From an uncultured Pseudomonadota bacterium (GTDB lineage: Bacteria > Pseudomonadota > Alphaproteobacteria > Rs-D84): a stretch of DNA of 59,004 nt. The position numbers and the translations under genes were made by a program. Under the pieces are notes generated by a model. The model was not told where the DNA came from. It ran no database searches and was given only the letters and a program-made list of their open reading frames with translations. The stretch lies in contig CAMVAB010000001.1 in NCBI GenBank assembly GCA_947165335.1, positions 1-59,004 on the forward strand, given 5' to 3'. This document shows positions 47,474 through 57,801 of this stretch, piece after piece. Positions within the stretch are counted from its first letter, which is position 1; each line of letters starts with the position of its first letter.

Positions 47474-48610
47474 TTATTTTCCTATAATTAAACTGGCATT
47501 GCTGCCACCAAAAGCGAATGCATTACATAATATATGATTTATTTCAACTGTATCGCCAATTTTTGCTAATCTTATTTTTGCACAATCATCACCAAATTCA
47601 CCATCAAATACATGTGGTATAATAAAGTTATGCTTTAACATCAGCCACGATAAACCCATGCTAACAGCACCCGCAGCACCCAACGTGTGCCCGGTCAAAG
47701 GTTTGGTTGATGCACACAAAACATTTTCACCAAACAGCGTATTTATCGCTAAAGATTCCATTGCATCATTTGCGATTGTACCAGTACCATGCATATTTAT
47801 AAAATCTATATCATCTGGTTTTAATCCAGCGTCTTTCAGCGCCATATTCATAGATGCAATTGCACCGGCGCCCGTTGGATCAGGACTTGTTAAATGATAT
47901 GCATCAGACGTTTCACCAATACCCAATAATTTAATTCCACAACACCCACGTTCCAATATGAACAAAGCCGCGCCTTCACCCAGGTTTATCCCGTCTCTAT
48001 TTTTTGACATAGGGTTTGTGTGTTTTTTACTCAAAGCACTTAACGCGTTAAAACCATTCAAAGCGAAATCGCATCTGCCGTCAACACCACCAACCAACAC
48101 TGCATCACAAATACCGTTTTCAATCAATCTGCGTGCGCTTTCAAAAACCTTTAAACTGGACGAACAAGCGGTTGAAATTGTAAATGCAGGACCATTAAAA
48201 CCAGTTTGTTTTTTAATATATTCCGCAGGTGTTCCAAGCTCAAGTTCATTTAAAACACTTTTTTCTATTTCAATATTATTTTGAAAGGCGTGTTCTATGT
48301 GTTTTTGCGCTTCATGCACACCAGTATTTGATGAACCAACAATAATACCTATACAATTTATATCATAATTTTGTTTTAATAATTCAATGTCGCCCATTAT
48401 TTGCTTTAACGCGGCATCTATCAAATCATACATACGCAAATCGTGCACTTGTTCAACTGGCGCTGTTCCAAAAGGAACTTTTTCATCCCCGACAATAACA
48501 TTTCCTGAAAACATAGCGCGTGTATCACCACTGCGTGCGTTCTGTATAATATCGTTGTGATTGTCCCCCAGCGCACACACGAAGCCAAGATTTTTTAATA
48601 CATATTCCAT
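47474..48610 (-). CDS. Beta-ketoacyl-ACP synthase (ApeO-like)
   Basis: Start MEYVLKNLG at 48610. Motifs STACSSS, HGTGT and GHTLGAAG. Confidence 0.85.
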   Translation of the reverse strand: MEYVLKNLGFVCALGDNHNDIIQNARSGDTRAMFSGNVIVGDEKVPFGTAPVEQVHDLRMYDLIDAALKQIMGDIELLKQNYDINCIGIIVGSSNTGVHEAQKHIEHAFQNNIEIEKSVLNELELGTPAEYIKKQTGFNGPAFTISTACSSSLKVFESARRLIENGICDAVLVGGVDGRCDFALNGFNALSALSKKHTNPMSKNRDGINLGEGAALFILERGCCGIKLLGIGETSDAYHLTSPDPTGAGAIASMNMALKDAGLKPDDIDFINMHGTGTIANDAMESLAINTLFGENVLCASTKPLTGHTLGAAGAVSMGLSWLMLKHNFIIPHVFDGEFGDDCAKIRLAKIGDTVEINHILCNAFAFGGSNASLIIGK

Positions 48611-48686
48611 TTCAAATCCAACTTGCAAAATAGGAATCTTTTTATATAATGACACAGTATTGTATAAAAAAATCGATTTTTCAAGT

Positions 48687-49316
48687 ATGAACAAAACCTT
48701 ATATATTGATAATTTTGAATTTTGGATGGAAAATGATACGGAAAAACTTCCTGACGTTTCATTTATACCATCAATGTTGCGACGCCGCATGAGCGCACTT
48801 GAAAAAGTCGCAATTGGATTGGCAAATAAAATTGCACCAGAAACACCAGATTATAAACTGGTTTTTGCATCACGTTTTGGCGAATGGGAACAAACCATAA
48901 AACTTATCCGTCAATTTTATGACGACAAAGAAATGTCGCCTGCAGGATTCAGTAATTCTGTTCATAATGCCGCAATGGGACATTTTTCATTGTTAACACA
49001 TAATAAAAATTCATACACTTCTGTTGCAGCAGGCGAAAAAACAATAGAAAATGCCCTACTTGATGCAATACTGACAGATAAACCTGTATTATTTATATAT
49101 GGTGAAGAACACACCCCAACCGAATACGAACACATGTTAGAAAAGCCCGGTTTATCACATGGTTGTGCAATTTTGATTAAAGGAAACGGACAAAAAAAAT
49201 ATGAATTAACAACTAATAATGAAGATTTACCGCCACTTTCTTTTGAAGAATTAAAAAACGCCCTACAAACCGGTTCAAATATCACAACATCTAATTGGAT
49301 ATTATCAAAAAAATAA
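48687..49316 (+). CDS. KS N-terminal-domain-only protein (chain-length-factor-like, ApeC-like)
   Basis: Start MNKTLYIDNF. About 209 aa with no active-site Cys motif. Family recalled as Ketoacyl-synt_2. Confidence 0.55.
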   Translation: MNKTLYIDNFEFWMENDTEKLPDVSFIPSMLRRRMSALEKVAIGLANKIAPETPDYKLVFASRFGEWEQTIKLIRQFYDDKEMSPAGFSNSVHNAAMGHFSLLTHNKNSYTSVAAGEKTIENALLDAILTDKPVLFIYGEEHTPTEYEHMLEKPGLSHGCAILIKGNGQKKYELTTNNEDLPPLSFEELKNALQTGSNITTSNWILSKK

Positions 49317-50056
49317 TGAAAAAAATTATCAGATCTTTTTTAAGTGGTTTTTGTTTTTCCGTTTTTGGAATAGGCGGTCTTGTTGCAGGAACATTCATCG
49401 TGCCTTTCCCATTATTATTGTGCAACAAACGCAATCAAAGATGCATCTTATCTGGCACTATCCACTATTTGTGGAAATTGTTTGTATGGTTAATGTGTGC
49501 TTTGAAATTGATTGATGTAAAAATACAAAATAAAAAAAAATTAAAGCAATTACGCGGTAATATAATCGTTGCAAATCACCCATCTTTGATAGATGTTGTA
49601 ATATTGGTTTCGAAAATACCTCGTTCAATATGTGTGGTAAAAGGAAGCTTATTTCAAAATGTCTTTATAAAATTTTTAATTCGCCATGTTTATCTTTCTA
49701 ATTCTATGACGCCTGACGAATTTATGAATCAAGCCACCGATTGTTTAACAAACGGCTATAACATCATAATTTTCCCAGAAGGTACCCGTACAGTAAAAAA
49801 CAAACCAATTCATCTGCATCGCGGTTTTGCCTATTTACACTTGTATTCAAAACACGATATTCAACCACTTCATATAACAAATACCCCACATATCCTGGGC
49901 AAAGGCAGCAAATGGTACAATGTCGGGGACAAAACCTCTGTTTATAAAATAAAAATGTTGCCAACTATACGTTTTAAAGCGAAAAAATCCAACAGCATTC
50001 GTCAAAATGCTGTTTCTGTCACAAAACAAACAAAAAAAGCCCTGTTCATCGCATAG
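49316..50056 (+). CDS. Lysophospholipid (PlsC-type) acyltransferase
   Basis: NHPSLID (HX4D) and FPEGTR motifs. N-terminal TM helix. Confidence 0.8.
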   Translation: MKKIIRSFLSGFCFSVFGIGGLVAGTFIVPFPLLLCNKRNQRCILSGTIHYLWKLFVWLMCALKLIDVKIQNKKKLKQLRGNIIVANHPSLIDVVILVSKIPRSICVVKGSLFQNVFIKFLIRHVYLSNSMTPDEFMNQATDCLTNGYNIIIFPEGTRTVKNKPIHLHRGFAYLHLYSKHDIQPLHITNTPHILGKGSKWYNVGDKTSVYKIKMLPTIRFKAKKSNSIRQNAVSVTKQTKKALFIA

Positions 50057-50061
50057 AAAAA

Positions 50062-50098
50062 CTTGACAACTAGGGATTCTTTGCTAGCATTTGTCAAG
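50062..50098 (+). promoter_or_regulatory. Promoter embedded in a palindrome upstream of the ACP genes
   Basis: TTGACA(50063), 16 nt, TAGCAT(50085). The arms CTTGACAACTAG and CTAGCATTTGTCAAG form an imperfect inverted repeat. Confidence 0.45.
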
Positions 50099-50119
50099 AT
50101 TTAGATTTAAGGATACCCC

Positions 50120-50395
50120 ATGAAAAAAGAAACGCTTGAACAAGAAATCAAAGAAATTATTATTTCCGCGCTAGATTTAGAAGATGTAACCGTTGCAGAC
50201 ATCGATTCAAAGGCTCCTCTGTTTAACGAAGGACTGGGACTTGATTCTATTGATGCTTTGGAATTAGGTATGGCGTTAAAGAAAAAATACGATGTTAGTT
50301 TTAAATCAGATAAAGAAGAAAACAAAGAATTTTTTAAATCTGTAGAAAATTTAGCAAAATATATTGCAGAATCTAAAAACATCACATTGGAGTAA
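50120..50395 (+). CDS. Acyl carrier protein 1
   Basis: LGLDSIDALEL phosphopantetheine attachment motif. Confidence 0.85.
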   Translation: MKKETLEQEIKEIIISALDLEDVTVADIDSKAPLFNEGLGLDSIDALELGMALKKKYDVSFKSDKEENKEFFKSVENLAKYIAESKNITLE

Positions 50396-50399
50396 GAAC

Positions 50400-50654
50400 A
50401 TGCACACAAAAGAAGAAATTTTTAATACTATCAAAGAAATTTTAGTCAAAGATTTTGATTGCGATGAATCTAAAATTAAAAACGAATCCAAATTAGTGGA
50501 AGATTTAGATTTAGACAGCATTGATGCAGTTGATTTGGTTGTAAAATTACAAACCATCATAAATCAAAAAGTAGACCCTGAAGATTTTAAACAAATCCGC
50601 ACAATACAGGATGTTGTCGATGCAGTTGAAAAAATTGTTAACGGTAACCACTAA
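50400..50654 (+). CDS. Acyl carrier protein 2
   Basis: LDLDSIDAVDL motif. Start MHTKEEIF. Confidence 0.85.
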   Translation: MHTKEEIFNTIKEILVKDFDCDESKIKNESKLVEDLDLDSIDAVDLVVKLQTIINQKVDPEDFKQIRTIQDVVDAVEKIVNGNH

Positions 50655-51177
50655 AATATTTTTGGGGTGTTTTATCGTTGCATACCCTTTCATCGTTTTT
50701 TATGCGCTAAAACAAAATATCGCCGTTAAATTTATCGGCCTTATTTTGTTAACAGTGATTATTTTTTCGTATCTTCGCAACAGAAACAAATGTCTTTTTA
50801 TGACCGGATTACTGGTCGCCTTCATGGTTATATTGTTTAACCAAGAAATCTTTCTTAAAATCTATCCGGTGTTAATGAACGCATCTGTGTGTTCCGTCTT
50901 TGCCTTGTCTTTAAAAAAGACACCTCTTATCACACAATTTGCACAAAAGATGCAGAAAAAACCACTAAATGAAGAAACTGTCGTTTATACCCGCAGCGCA
51001 ACAGTTGCATGGGCAATATTCATGTTTTTAAACACTCTTGTTTCTTTGACAACTGTATTTATGTCAGATGAAATTTGGGTATTATATAACGGATTTATAT
51101 CTTATGTCTTGATTGGTATAATGATGTCTGCTGAATACATCTTTCGAAAGGTTAAACAACAATGTTCACACCAATAA
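50620..51177 (+). CDS. Integral membrane protein (ape-cluster-associated, COG4648-like)
   Basis: Five or six TM helices. Sits at the conserved position between the ACP and AMP-ligase genes. Confidence 0.5.
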   Translation: MQLKKLLTVTTKIFLGCFIVAYPFIVFYALKQNIAVKFIGLILLTVIIFSYLRNRNKCLFMTGLLVAFMVILFNQEIFLKIYPVLMNASVCSVFALSLKKTPLITQFAQKMQKKPLNEETVVYTRSATVAWAIFMFLNTLVSLTTVFMSDEIWVLYNGFISYVLIGIMMSAEYIFRKVKQQCSHQ

Positions 51178-52859
51178 ACCGCGTTTTTATTGAAACCATT
51201 GATAAAGACAGAATTGTTTTTTATAAGAACGAACAACCTGTATCTTTTGAAACATATATGAACGATGTCGCAAAATATGCCTGTTATTTTAACACAATAC
51301 AAAATGATAATGTTGTTATATATATCCCAAATGATTTATATTTGTTTTATGTATGTTTTATGGCAGCACTTCAAGCAGGCAAAGATGTTATTTTGCCAGC
51401 CTTGCTTACAGAACAAAATTCCAGACCTTTACTTGAAATGACAAATGTTTTAATTACTGACAAATTTGATTCTTTAAAAGGTTTTAATATTATAGATTTG
51501 AATTGCGGAAATAATATCAATTGGCAATTCAATGATATGTCTGACAGATTTTTATATTTCTTTACATCTGGGTCGACGGGCACCCCGAAACGCATCAAAA
51601 AACAATTCAAAATGCTTGCCGCCGAAGAAGATTTTCATGGACGAAATCAAAAACATTTGATTGAACAAAACCCAGTTATGATATCATCTGTTGCACCATA
51701 TCATATGTATGGGTTGCTTTGGCGATTTTTATTTCCATTAGCAAACGGTATTATATCTGATTTAGATATTGTTTTTACACCCGAAGAATTACAACATAAA
51801 CAATCTATATATGACAAAGTTTTATTTGCAACAACGCCTTCGTTTTTGGACGGCATAACCAGATATCAAAACCAATATTATTTTAGAAACAACTGTATTG
51901 GTCTTTATTCATCTGGCAGTTTATTAGATGCAAAAACATCAAACAATGCATATCAAATGTTTGGTGCATCCCCATACGAAATATTCGGCAGTACCGAAAC
52001 AGGTGGTGTTGCATCACGTCAACAAATAAACGGCCAAGAATGGACTATATTTACACCGGTAAAAGTCACATTGACAGAAAACAGTGAATTATTGATTGAA
52101 TCTGATTTTTCATGTGCAAACCCATATTTAATGTCCGACATTGTTGAAAAGACCGGCAACAATACTTTTATATTAAAGGGTCGCGGGGATCGCATGGTAA
52201 AAATTGCCGAAGAACGCGTATCGTTACCTGAAATGGAAGAAAAGCTTTGCGAATATAAATATATTGAAAAAAGTTATGTATCAACATTGTCTACAAAAGA
52301 CAGGACTATTATTTGTGCTGCAATAACATTAAATGATGACGGCAAAAATTATATTATCAAAAACGGCCGGCACCAATTCATAACTGAATTAAAACAATAT
52401 TTATTAAATTATTTTCCAAATGTTGTTCTGCCACGAAAAATCAGAATCGTTAATGCTATCCCCGTAAACACCCAGGGTAAATATATAAAATCAGATATCG
52501 CATCTATGTTCGAATCAAATGTTGCAGAACCAATAATGCAAAACATAACAAAAACAGATTCTAAATTTTCCGCGGATTTAATATTTTTAAAAGATTCTTC
52601 TTATTTTAATGGCCATTTCCCAGGGCATCCTATTTTACCTGGTGTTATACAAATGCATTTTGTTATGACATTTATCAAACAGTATTTTAACAAAGAAGCA
52701 ACAAATTATCATGTTTTGAAATTAAAGTTTTCAAATCTGATTTTGCCAGATACACAAATATATTTTGAATTGAATAAAATTGACGACAATGAATTTACAT
52801 TTGAATACAGCCACAATGGCAACAGTTGTTCAAAAGGCAAAATAGTCATAGAGGCATAA
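51162..52859 (+). CDS. AMP-dependent synthetase/ligase fused to a FabA/FabZ-like hotdog dehydratase
   Basis: FFTSGSTGTPKRI and GSTETGG adenylation motifs. The C-terminal roughly 120 aa carry GHFPGHPILPGV. Confidence 0.8.
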   Translation: MFTPINRVFIETIDKDRIVFYKNEQPVSFETYMNDVAKYACYFNTIQNDNVVIYIPNDLYLFYVCFMAALQAGKDVILPALLTEQNSRPLLEMTNVLITDKFDSLKGFNIIDLNCGNNINWQFNDMSDRFLYFFTSGSTGTPKRIKKQFKMLAAEEDFHGRNQKHLIEQNPVMISSVAPYHMYGLLWRFLFPLANGIISDLDIVFTPEELQHKQSIYDKVLFATTPSFLDGITRYQNQYYFRNNCIGLYSSGSLLDAKTSNNAYQMFGASPYEIFGSTETGGVASRQQINGQEWTIFTPVKVTLTENSELLIESDFSCANPYLMSDIVEKTGNNTFILKGRGDRMVKIAEERVSLPEMEEKLCEYKYIEKSYVSTLSTKDRTIICAAITLNDDGKNYIIKNGRHQFITELKQYLLNYFPNVVLPRKIRIVNAIPVNTQGKYIKSDIASMFESNVAEPIMQNITKTDSKFSADLIFLKDSSYFNGHFPGHPILPGVIQMHFVMTFIKQYFNKEATNYHVLKLKFSNLILPDTQIYFELNKIDDNEFTFEYSHNGNSCSKGKIVIEA

Positions 52860-52863
52860 AAAG

Positions 52864-53595
52864 ATGAAACCGGTTATAATTATTCCTTGTTTTAATCATG
52901 GCGATGCATTTGCGCCAGTGGCCGATAAATTAACCGAATTCAAAACACCTGTTATTGTCGTTGATGATGGCAGCGCTTCACAGCAATCAAAGAAAATCAA
53001 AAACATTTGTTCGGCGCACAATTTTATATACATAAAAAACAAAACAAATGGTGGCAAAGGTGCCGCTATGATTACTGGATTTCAATATGCCTTGAAACAA
53101 GGTTTTTCACATGCATTACAAATAGACGCAGATGGTCAACATGACATTCGCGATATACCATTATTTTTAAAAATCGCATTTTCACATCCAAATGATTTAA
53201 TTATTGGCAATCCTGTTTATGATGAATCTGCGCCACGCGCACGACTGGCTGGGCGAAAAATAACAAATTTTTGGGTTATGGTTGAAACATTTAATAAACA
53301 TATGCCAGACACAATGTGCGGGTTTCGTGTATATCCATTAAAAGCAGTTGAACCAATATTAGAAACTATCAAATTCAAACGTATGGGATTTGATATTGAA
53401 ATAATAGTCAAAGCATACAGAAACAAAATTAAAATTATTCCTGTGCCAACAAAAGTTATTTATCCCGAAAATGGGGTATCTCATTTCCATGCCATCAAAG
53501 ATAATTTTTATATCAGTTTGCTTCATGCGTATTTATGTTGTTTAATACCAGCATGGTTAACCAGGAGAATGTTTAGTCATGATAAAAATAAATAA
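52864..53595 (+). CDS. Family 2 glycosyltransferase
   Basis: IIIPCFNHG, VVDDGS and DADGQH motifs. Confidence 0.8.
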   Translation: MKPVIIIPCFNHGDAFAPVADKLTEFKTPVIVVDDGSASQQSKKIKNICSAHNFIYIKNKTNGGKGAAMITGFQYALKQGFSHALQIDADGQHDIRDIPLFLKIAFSHPNDLIIGNPVYDESAPRARLAGRKITNFWVMVETFNKHMPDTMCGFRVYPLKAVEPILETIKFKRMGFDIEIIVKAYRNKIKIIPVPTKVIYPENGVSHFHAIKDNFYISLLHAYLCCLIPAWLTRRMFSHDKNK

Positions 53596-54172
53596 GTTTT
53601 TATTTGTTATATCTTGTTTGTTTTCTGTTAATGCTTTTGCATACCAAATAACAGATAAAATGCCAGACACACTAAAAACATTTACAGATAATTTAAACAC
53701 TGTATCTGCAACATTCAAACAAACAAAAATATTGCCTGAATCTACGAAAAGTTTTATATCAAAAGGTTATATTAAATTTGTAAAAAATGTCGGCTTTACA
53801 TGGCATCAACAAAAACCAAGTGAAGAAATCTTTACATCGACGCTTACCACATATTGTGTTAATGGCGAAACAGAAGATTTGGATAAACTGCCGTATTTCT
53901 ACCGCATACAAACTATGATAGACAATATGTTAAATGGCGATATGTCTGAATTTTTATATGCGTTCAATGTAGATTATCGTGAACAGAAAGATTCATGGAC
54001 TTTGATAGCAACACCACGTTTAACGACCATTGCAGATATGATTCAAGATATAACAATGTACGGTACAAAAACTGATTTAACAAAAATAATCATGACATAT
54101 TATGATGGCACGATTGTTATTTTAGAATTCACACGTTTAACAAAAGAAATTGCTGATGAAATTGCTTGTTAA
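53579..54172 (+). CDS. LolA-like outer-membrane lipoprotein carrier protein
   Basis: Signal peptide, about 197 aa, at the conserved position before the exporter gene. Confidence 0.55.
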   Translation: MIKINKFLFVISCLFSVNAFAYQITDKMPDTLKTFTDNLNTVSATFKQTKILPESTKSFISKGYIKFVKNVGFTWHQQKPSEEIFTSTLTTYCVNGETEDLDKLPYFYRIQTMIDNMLNGDMSEFLYAFNVDYREQKDSWTLIATPRLTTIADMIQDITMYGTKTDLTKIIMTYYDGTIVILEFTRLTKEIADEIAC

Positions 54173-56291
54173 AAGATTTTTGTTTTGTTTGGTAATAATT
54201 ATTGGTGTTATTACGACGCTTGTGTTCAAAACACCCCTGCATACACAATCTAATTTAATGTCTTTGATAACATATACAAACGAACAACAATGGCCTGTTG
54301 ATAAAATATCAGGAAAATTTTCATCAGTTTTAAACATTGTTGTTGAATCGAGAGACGAAAAAATTGCGACCAGAACAGCAAATTCAATAATAAAAACATT
54401 AAACACTGATACTTTTGATACTCTAACCATTCAATCAAATAATTTTTCAATTAAAAATATAGCGAAAGATTTAGTTTTATATAAAAACAATTTATTAAGC
54501 ACACAAAACAAAACATTATTACAACATAATGAATCCAGAAAAATCGCAAACGCTGCTATTAAATATGTCGAAGAGTCTATGATACCACCACTTGTTTCAA
54601 TTAGTGATGATCCTTTTATGTTGTTATCTGATTATATAACGAATATAAATACAGGCAATTCAACATGGACATTGCATAACGGATTACTTTGGCAAAACAA
54701 AGATAGTGTTCATTATTTCATGATTCCTGTTGATGTTAATGTTGCTGATGCGTCACGCGCTGCAAAACAAATAAATAATCTGCGACATGAATTACAAAGT
54801 TCAGACCAAATCAAAATACACATCAGCGGAATCCCACTACATACCGCATTTATGGTTCAACGAAGCCAATTACAATTGGGTATATTGTCATTTTTGGCAA
54901 TATTAATGGCTATAGTTTTCAATTATTTATTATTTAAAAAATTATTCACACTTATCCCTGTACTAACTAGTTTATCAATTGGATTTCTTGGTGGAACCAT
55001 TGCGTTATTTTTGTGTTTTAATGCACCTCATATTTTAACATTTGTATTTGGAACGACTTTGATTGGGCTTGGCATAGATTATGCTTTTCATTTCATGACT
55101 GCGGCCACATTGAAAAACAGAAAACAAATATTTACCAACATGCGCCAATCGTTTTTGACAACACTTGTTTGCTTTTTACCGTTGTTATTTTCACAAATAA
55201 CCCTTTTGCAACAAATATCAGTATTTACAATTGTCGGTTTAACAACAATATATGTTGGATTAAAATTATTTATGCCAAACAAATTGAAATTGAATATAAA
55301 ACCGATAAAAACCAAATTGGTATTATCAAAAAAAACACGCACAATTATATTATCTATGATTACAGTCGCTATTGTTGCAACATTACCATTTGTAAAATCA
55401 GAAAATAATATGAACGAACTTTATCGTCCGAACCGCGACATCGCGGAACAGGACATATTTTTCCAAAAATTAAATAATTCAAAAGATTCTGCGATATTAT
55501 TGGTACGCGGAGATAACATAGAACAAATTCTTGAAACAGAAGAAAATATTAAAACAACAACTGACTTCTTTTCTATTGCAAGCGTTATACCATCCGTAAA
55601 AACACAAACTGAAAACCAGAAACTAGTCAAACAACTTTACGCACAACAATCTAAATATCTGAAACAAAAACTAGAATTACGTAAAACACCAACATTTGTT
55701 GAAAACGATTTTATAACCCCAGAAAATATAAAATCAGAATTTTTATCGAATTGGTTAAATAAAATGATTATCTATGATGATGGTCATGTTTATTCATTTG
55801 CACAAATTCCAGCAAATACAGATATAACCAACGAAAACGCAATTGTTGTATCACCATCACAGATTTTAACCAACAATATTCAACAATACAGCAATGAAAC
55901 ATATCGCCTGTTGTTAATATGTGGTTTATGTTTAATTGCTTTGTTATCAGTATTTTATAAAAAACGTGCAATTATTTATTTGATACCTTCTATACTTGCA
56001 ATATTACTATCAGTATCTATTCTAACATGGTTTGGTCAACCAATAACCTTTTTCCATATGTTAAGTTTCTTTATTGTGATTGGTCTTGGGCTTGATTACA
56101 CAATATTTAATATAAACGCGGATAACAACAAAGAAATGCGCCCTGTCCTATTTTCGTTCCTGACCAGTTTTGTTGGATTTGGAATGTTGGCATTTACATC
56201 GTTCTTTTTGATTAAATCAATGGGAATAACGTTGGGACTTGGGTTGGCATTATCGTATTTGATATCACTCTTTTTATTCAGAACAAAATGA
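54150..56291 (+). CDS. MMPL/RND-like exporter
   Basis: 713 aa with two blocks of TM helices, each preceded by a large loop. Confidence 0.7.
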   Translation: MLMKLLVKRFLFCLVIIIGVITTLVFKTPLHTQSNLMSLITYTNEQQWPVDKISGKFSSVLNIVVESRDEKIATRTANSIIKTLNTDTFDTLTIQSNNFSIKNIAKDLVLYKNNLLSTQNKTLLQHNESRKIANAAIKYVEESMIPPLVSISDDPFMLLSDYITNINTGNSTWTLHNGLLWQNKDSVHYFMIPVDVNVADASRAAKQINNLRHELQSSDQIKIHISGIPLHTAFMVQRSQLQLGILSFLAILMAIVFNYLLFKKLFTLIPVLTSLSIGFLGGTIALFLCFNAPHILTFVFGTTLIGLGIDYAFHFMTAATLKNRKQIFTNMRQSFLTTLVCFLPLLFSQITLLQQISVFTIVGLTTIYVGLKLFMPNKLKLNIKPIKTKLVLSKKTRTIILSMITVAIVATLPFVKSENNMNELYRPNRDIAEQDIFFQKLNNSKDSAILLVRGDNIEQILETEENIKTTTDFFSIASVIPSVKTQTENQKLVKQLYAQQSKYLKQKLELRKTPTFVENDFITPENIKSEFLSNWLNKMIIYDDGHVYSFAQIPANTDITNENAIVVSPSQILTNNIQQYSNETYRLLLICGLCLIALLSVFYKKRAIIYLIPSILAILLSVSILTWFGQPITFFHMLSFFIVIGLGLDYTIFNINADNNKEMRPVLFSFLTSFVGFGMLAFTSFFLIKSMGITLGLGLALSYLISLFLFRTK

Positions 56292-56780
56292 TATTTCATT
56301 TTGCGGTTCAATTGAACAAACACAAATTAAATAATCGCCTTTTTCATAAAAATAAGAATTTGCTTTTTCAGCATCTGCACCAAATTTAATGCGCGCTTCA
56401 TATTCCACAAAGTTTTTATAAAAATCTTGTTTATTTTTCGGTTTTGGCAAATTTAATAATTCGCTTTCACCAATAAAATCACGATTGATTGTTGTATTTT
56501 CAATATCAACACCCACAGGACTATCAGAAACCGCGACAATAACCCAATTATCTTTGTGCGCAATAGATATAAACCCAGATTTAATTATTGGTGCACTATT
56601 TTTATCTACGATAACATTTTCGCCACAAACATCTTTGACCTTTGCATGCGATAATAAATATTGTAATTTACGATTTTTGTTTGAAAATTTGCCGTATTGA
56701 AGCAGTTCTGCCCCGGATAATTTTTGTTCTAATTCAGGCACATTCTTTATATCTTGAATATTTGACATATATATTTTCAT
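56274..56780 (-). CDS. 4'-phosphopantetheinyl transferase (Sfp-type)
   Basis: VGVDIE and FVEYEARIK motifs. Confidence 0.7.
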   Translation of the reverse strand: MKIYMSNIQDIKNVPELEQKLSGAELLQYGKFSNKNRKLQYLLSHAKVKDVCGENVIVDKNSAPIIKSGFISIAHKDNWVIVAVSDSPVGVDIENTTINRDFIGESELLNLPKPKNKQDFYKNFVEYEARIKFGADAEKANSYFYEKGDYLICVCSIEPQNEISFCSE

Positions 56781-56818
56781 GGGATAAATTATAAAGGAAA
56801 AATATCAAAAGGCAACAA

Positions 56819-57736
56819 ATGAACAAATGGTATCAAATTCGCGAACAAAGCGCGGGCAATTTCCGCCTTGAATTGCTTTGGATCGTTTATAAAATATTTG
56901 GTATCAGATTTTTAAAGTTCATTTTATGGTTTGTCTGCCTGTTTATCGTCCCATTTGCGAAACCAGCAAGAGAAGCATCAAAAAAATATTCAAAAATATT
57001 GAACGCATATCAACGCGCACATGGGATGAAAGAAACCAGTATTTCAGCATTTTCGCATATTTATAATTTCGCTTGCAGTATATTGGATAAAATGTCGGCG
57101 AATAGTGATAAAAAAACAAAAATTAAATTCGCGGTTCATAAAAACACCGATTGGGATGCGTTCCAATCATGTTTAAATGACAACCAGGGCACATTTCTAA
57201 TATGTTCGCATCTTGGAAACATAGAAGCACTTTCCGCATTTTCTGGGGGTAAAAACAAACACATGCATGCATTTATGCAAATTTCCCAAAACGCCACATT
57301 TCACAAATTTATGACACGCCATAATGTCGCAAACAATACCACTATTTATCCAACCGAAGATATAAATATAGGTGTCGCATCCACAATGTATGATTTCTTA
57401 CAAAAAGGTGATTTAGTCATGATGGCTGGCGATCGCACTTCACCAAATGCACCGTCAAGATATGAAACTGTTCCTTTCTTGGGCGCCGATTGCCGTTTTC
57501 CAATTGGAACTTTCAAATTCGCAAAATCTATGTCGCACCCGATATTTGCAATATGCGTAATGAATGTGGCACACGAAAAATACGGTGTTTATGTCAAGAA
57601 ATTGGATGCCCAAACAATAAAGGAAACGATAATACAATATGCGACATTCCTTGAAAAACTGACCGTTAAATACCCAAAACAATGGTTTAATTTCTTTGAT
57701 TTTTTTGAATCAGGGACAAATCAGGCAGAAAATTAA
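56819..57736 (+). CDS. Lipid A biosynthesis (LpxL/HtrB-like) acyltransferase family protein
   Basis: N-terminal TM helix. Size and CSHLGNIE (HX4-type) region are consistent with the family. Confidence 0.6.
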   Translation: MNKWYQIREQSAGNFRLELLWIVYKIFGIRFLKFILWFVCLFIVPFAKPAREASKKYSKILNAYQRAHGMKETSISAFSHIYNFACSILDKMSANSDKKTKIKFAVHKNTDWDAFQSCLNDNQGTFLICSHLGNIEALSAFSGGKNKHMHAFMQISQNATFHKFMTRHNVANNTTIYPTEDINIGVASTMYDFLQKGDLVMMAGDRTSPNAPSRYETVPFLGADCRFPIGTFKFAKSMSHPIFAICVMNVAHEKYGVYVKKLDAQTIKETIIQYATFLEKLTVKYPKQWFNFFDFFESGTNQAEN

Positions 57737-57743
57737 AAAAAAC

Positions 57744-57772
57744 TTGATTTTCCTTAAAATATAACATACAAT
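57744..57772 (+). promoter_or_regulatory. Putative rpmG promoter
   Basis: TTGATT, 17 nt, TACAAT. Confidence 0.5.
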
Positions 57773-57801
57773 TCGCGAAGTAATTAAAAAAGGTAATAAA
57801 A

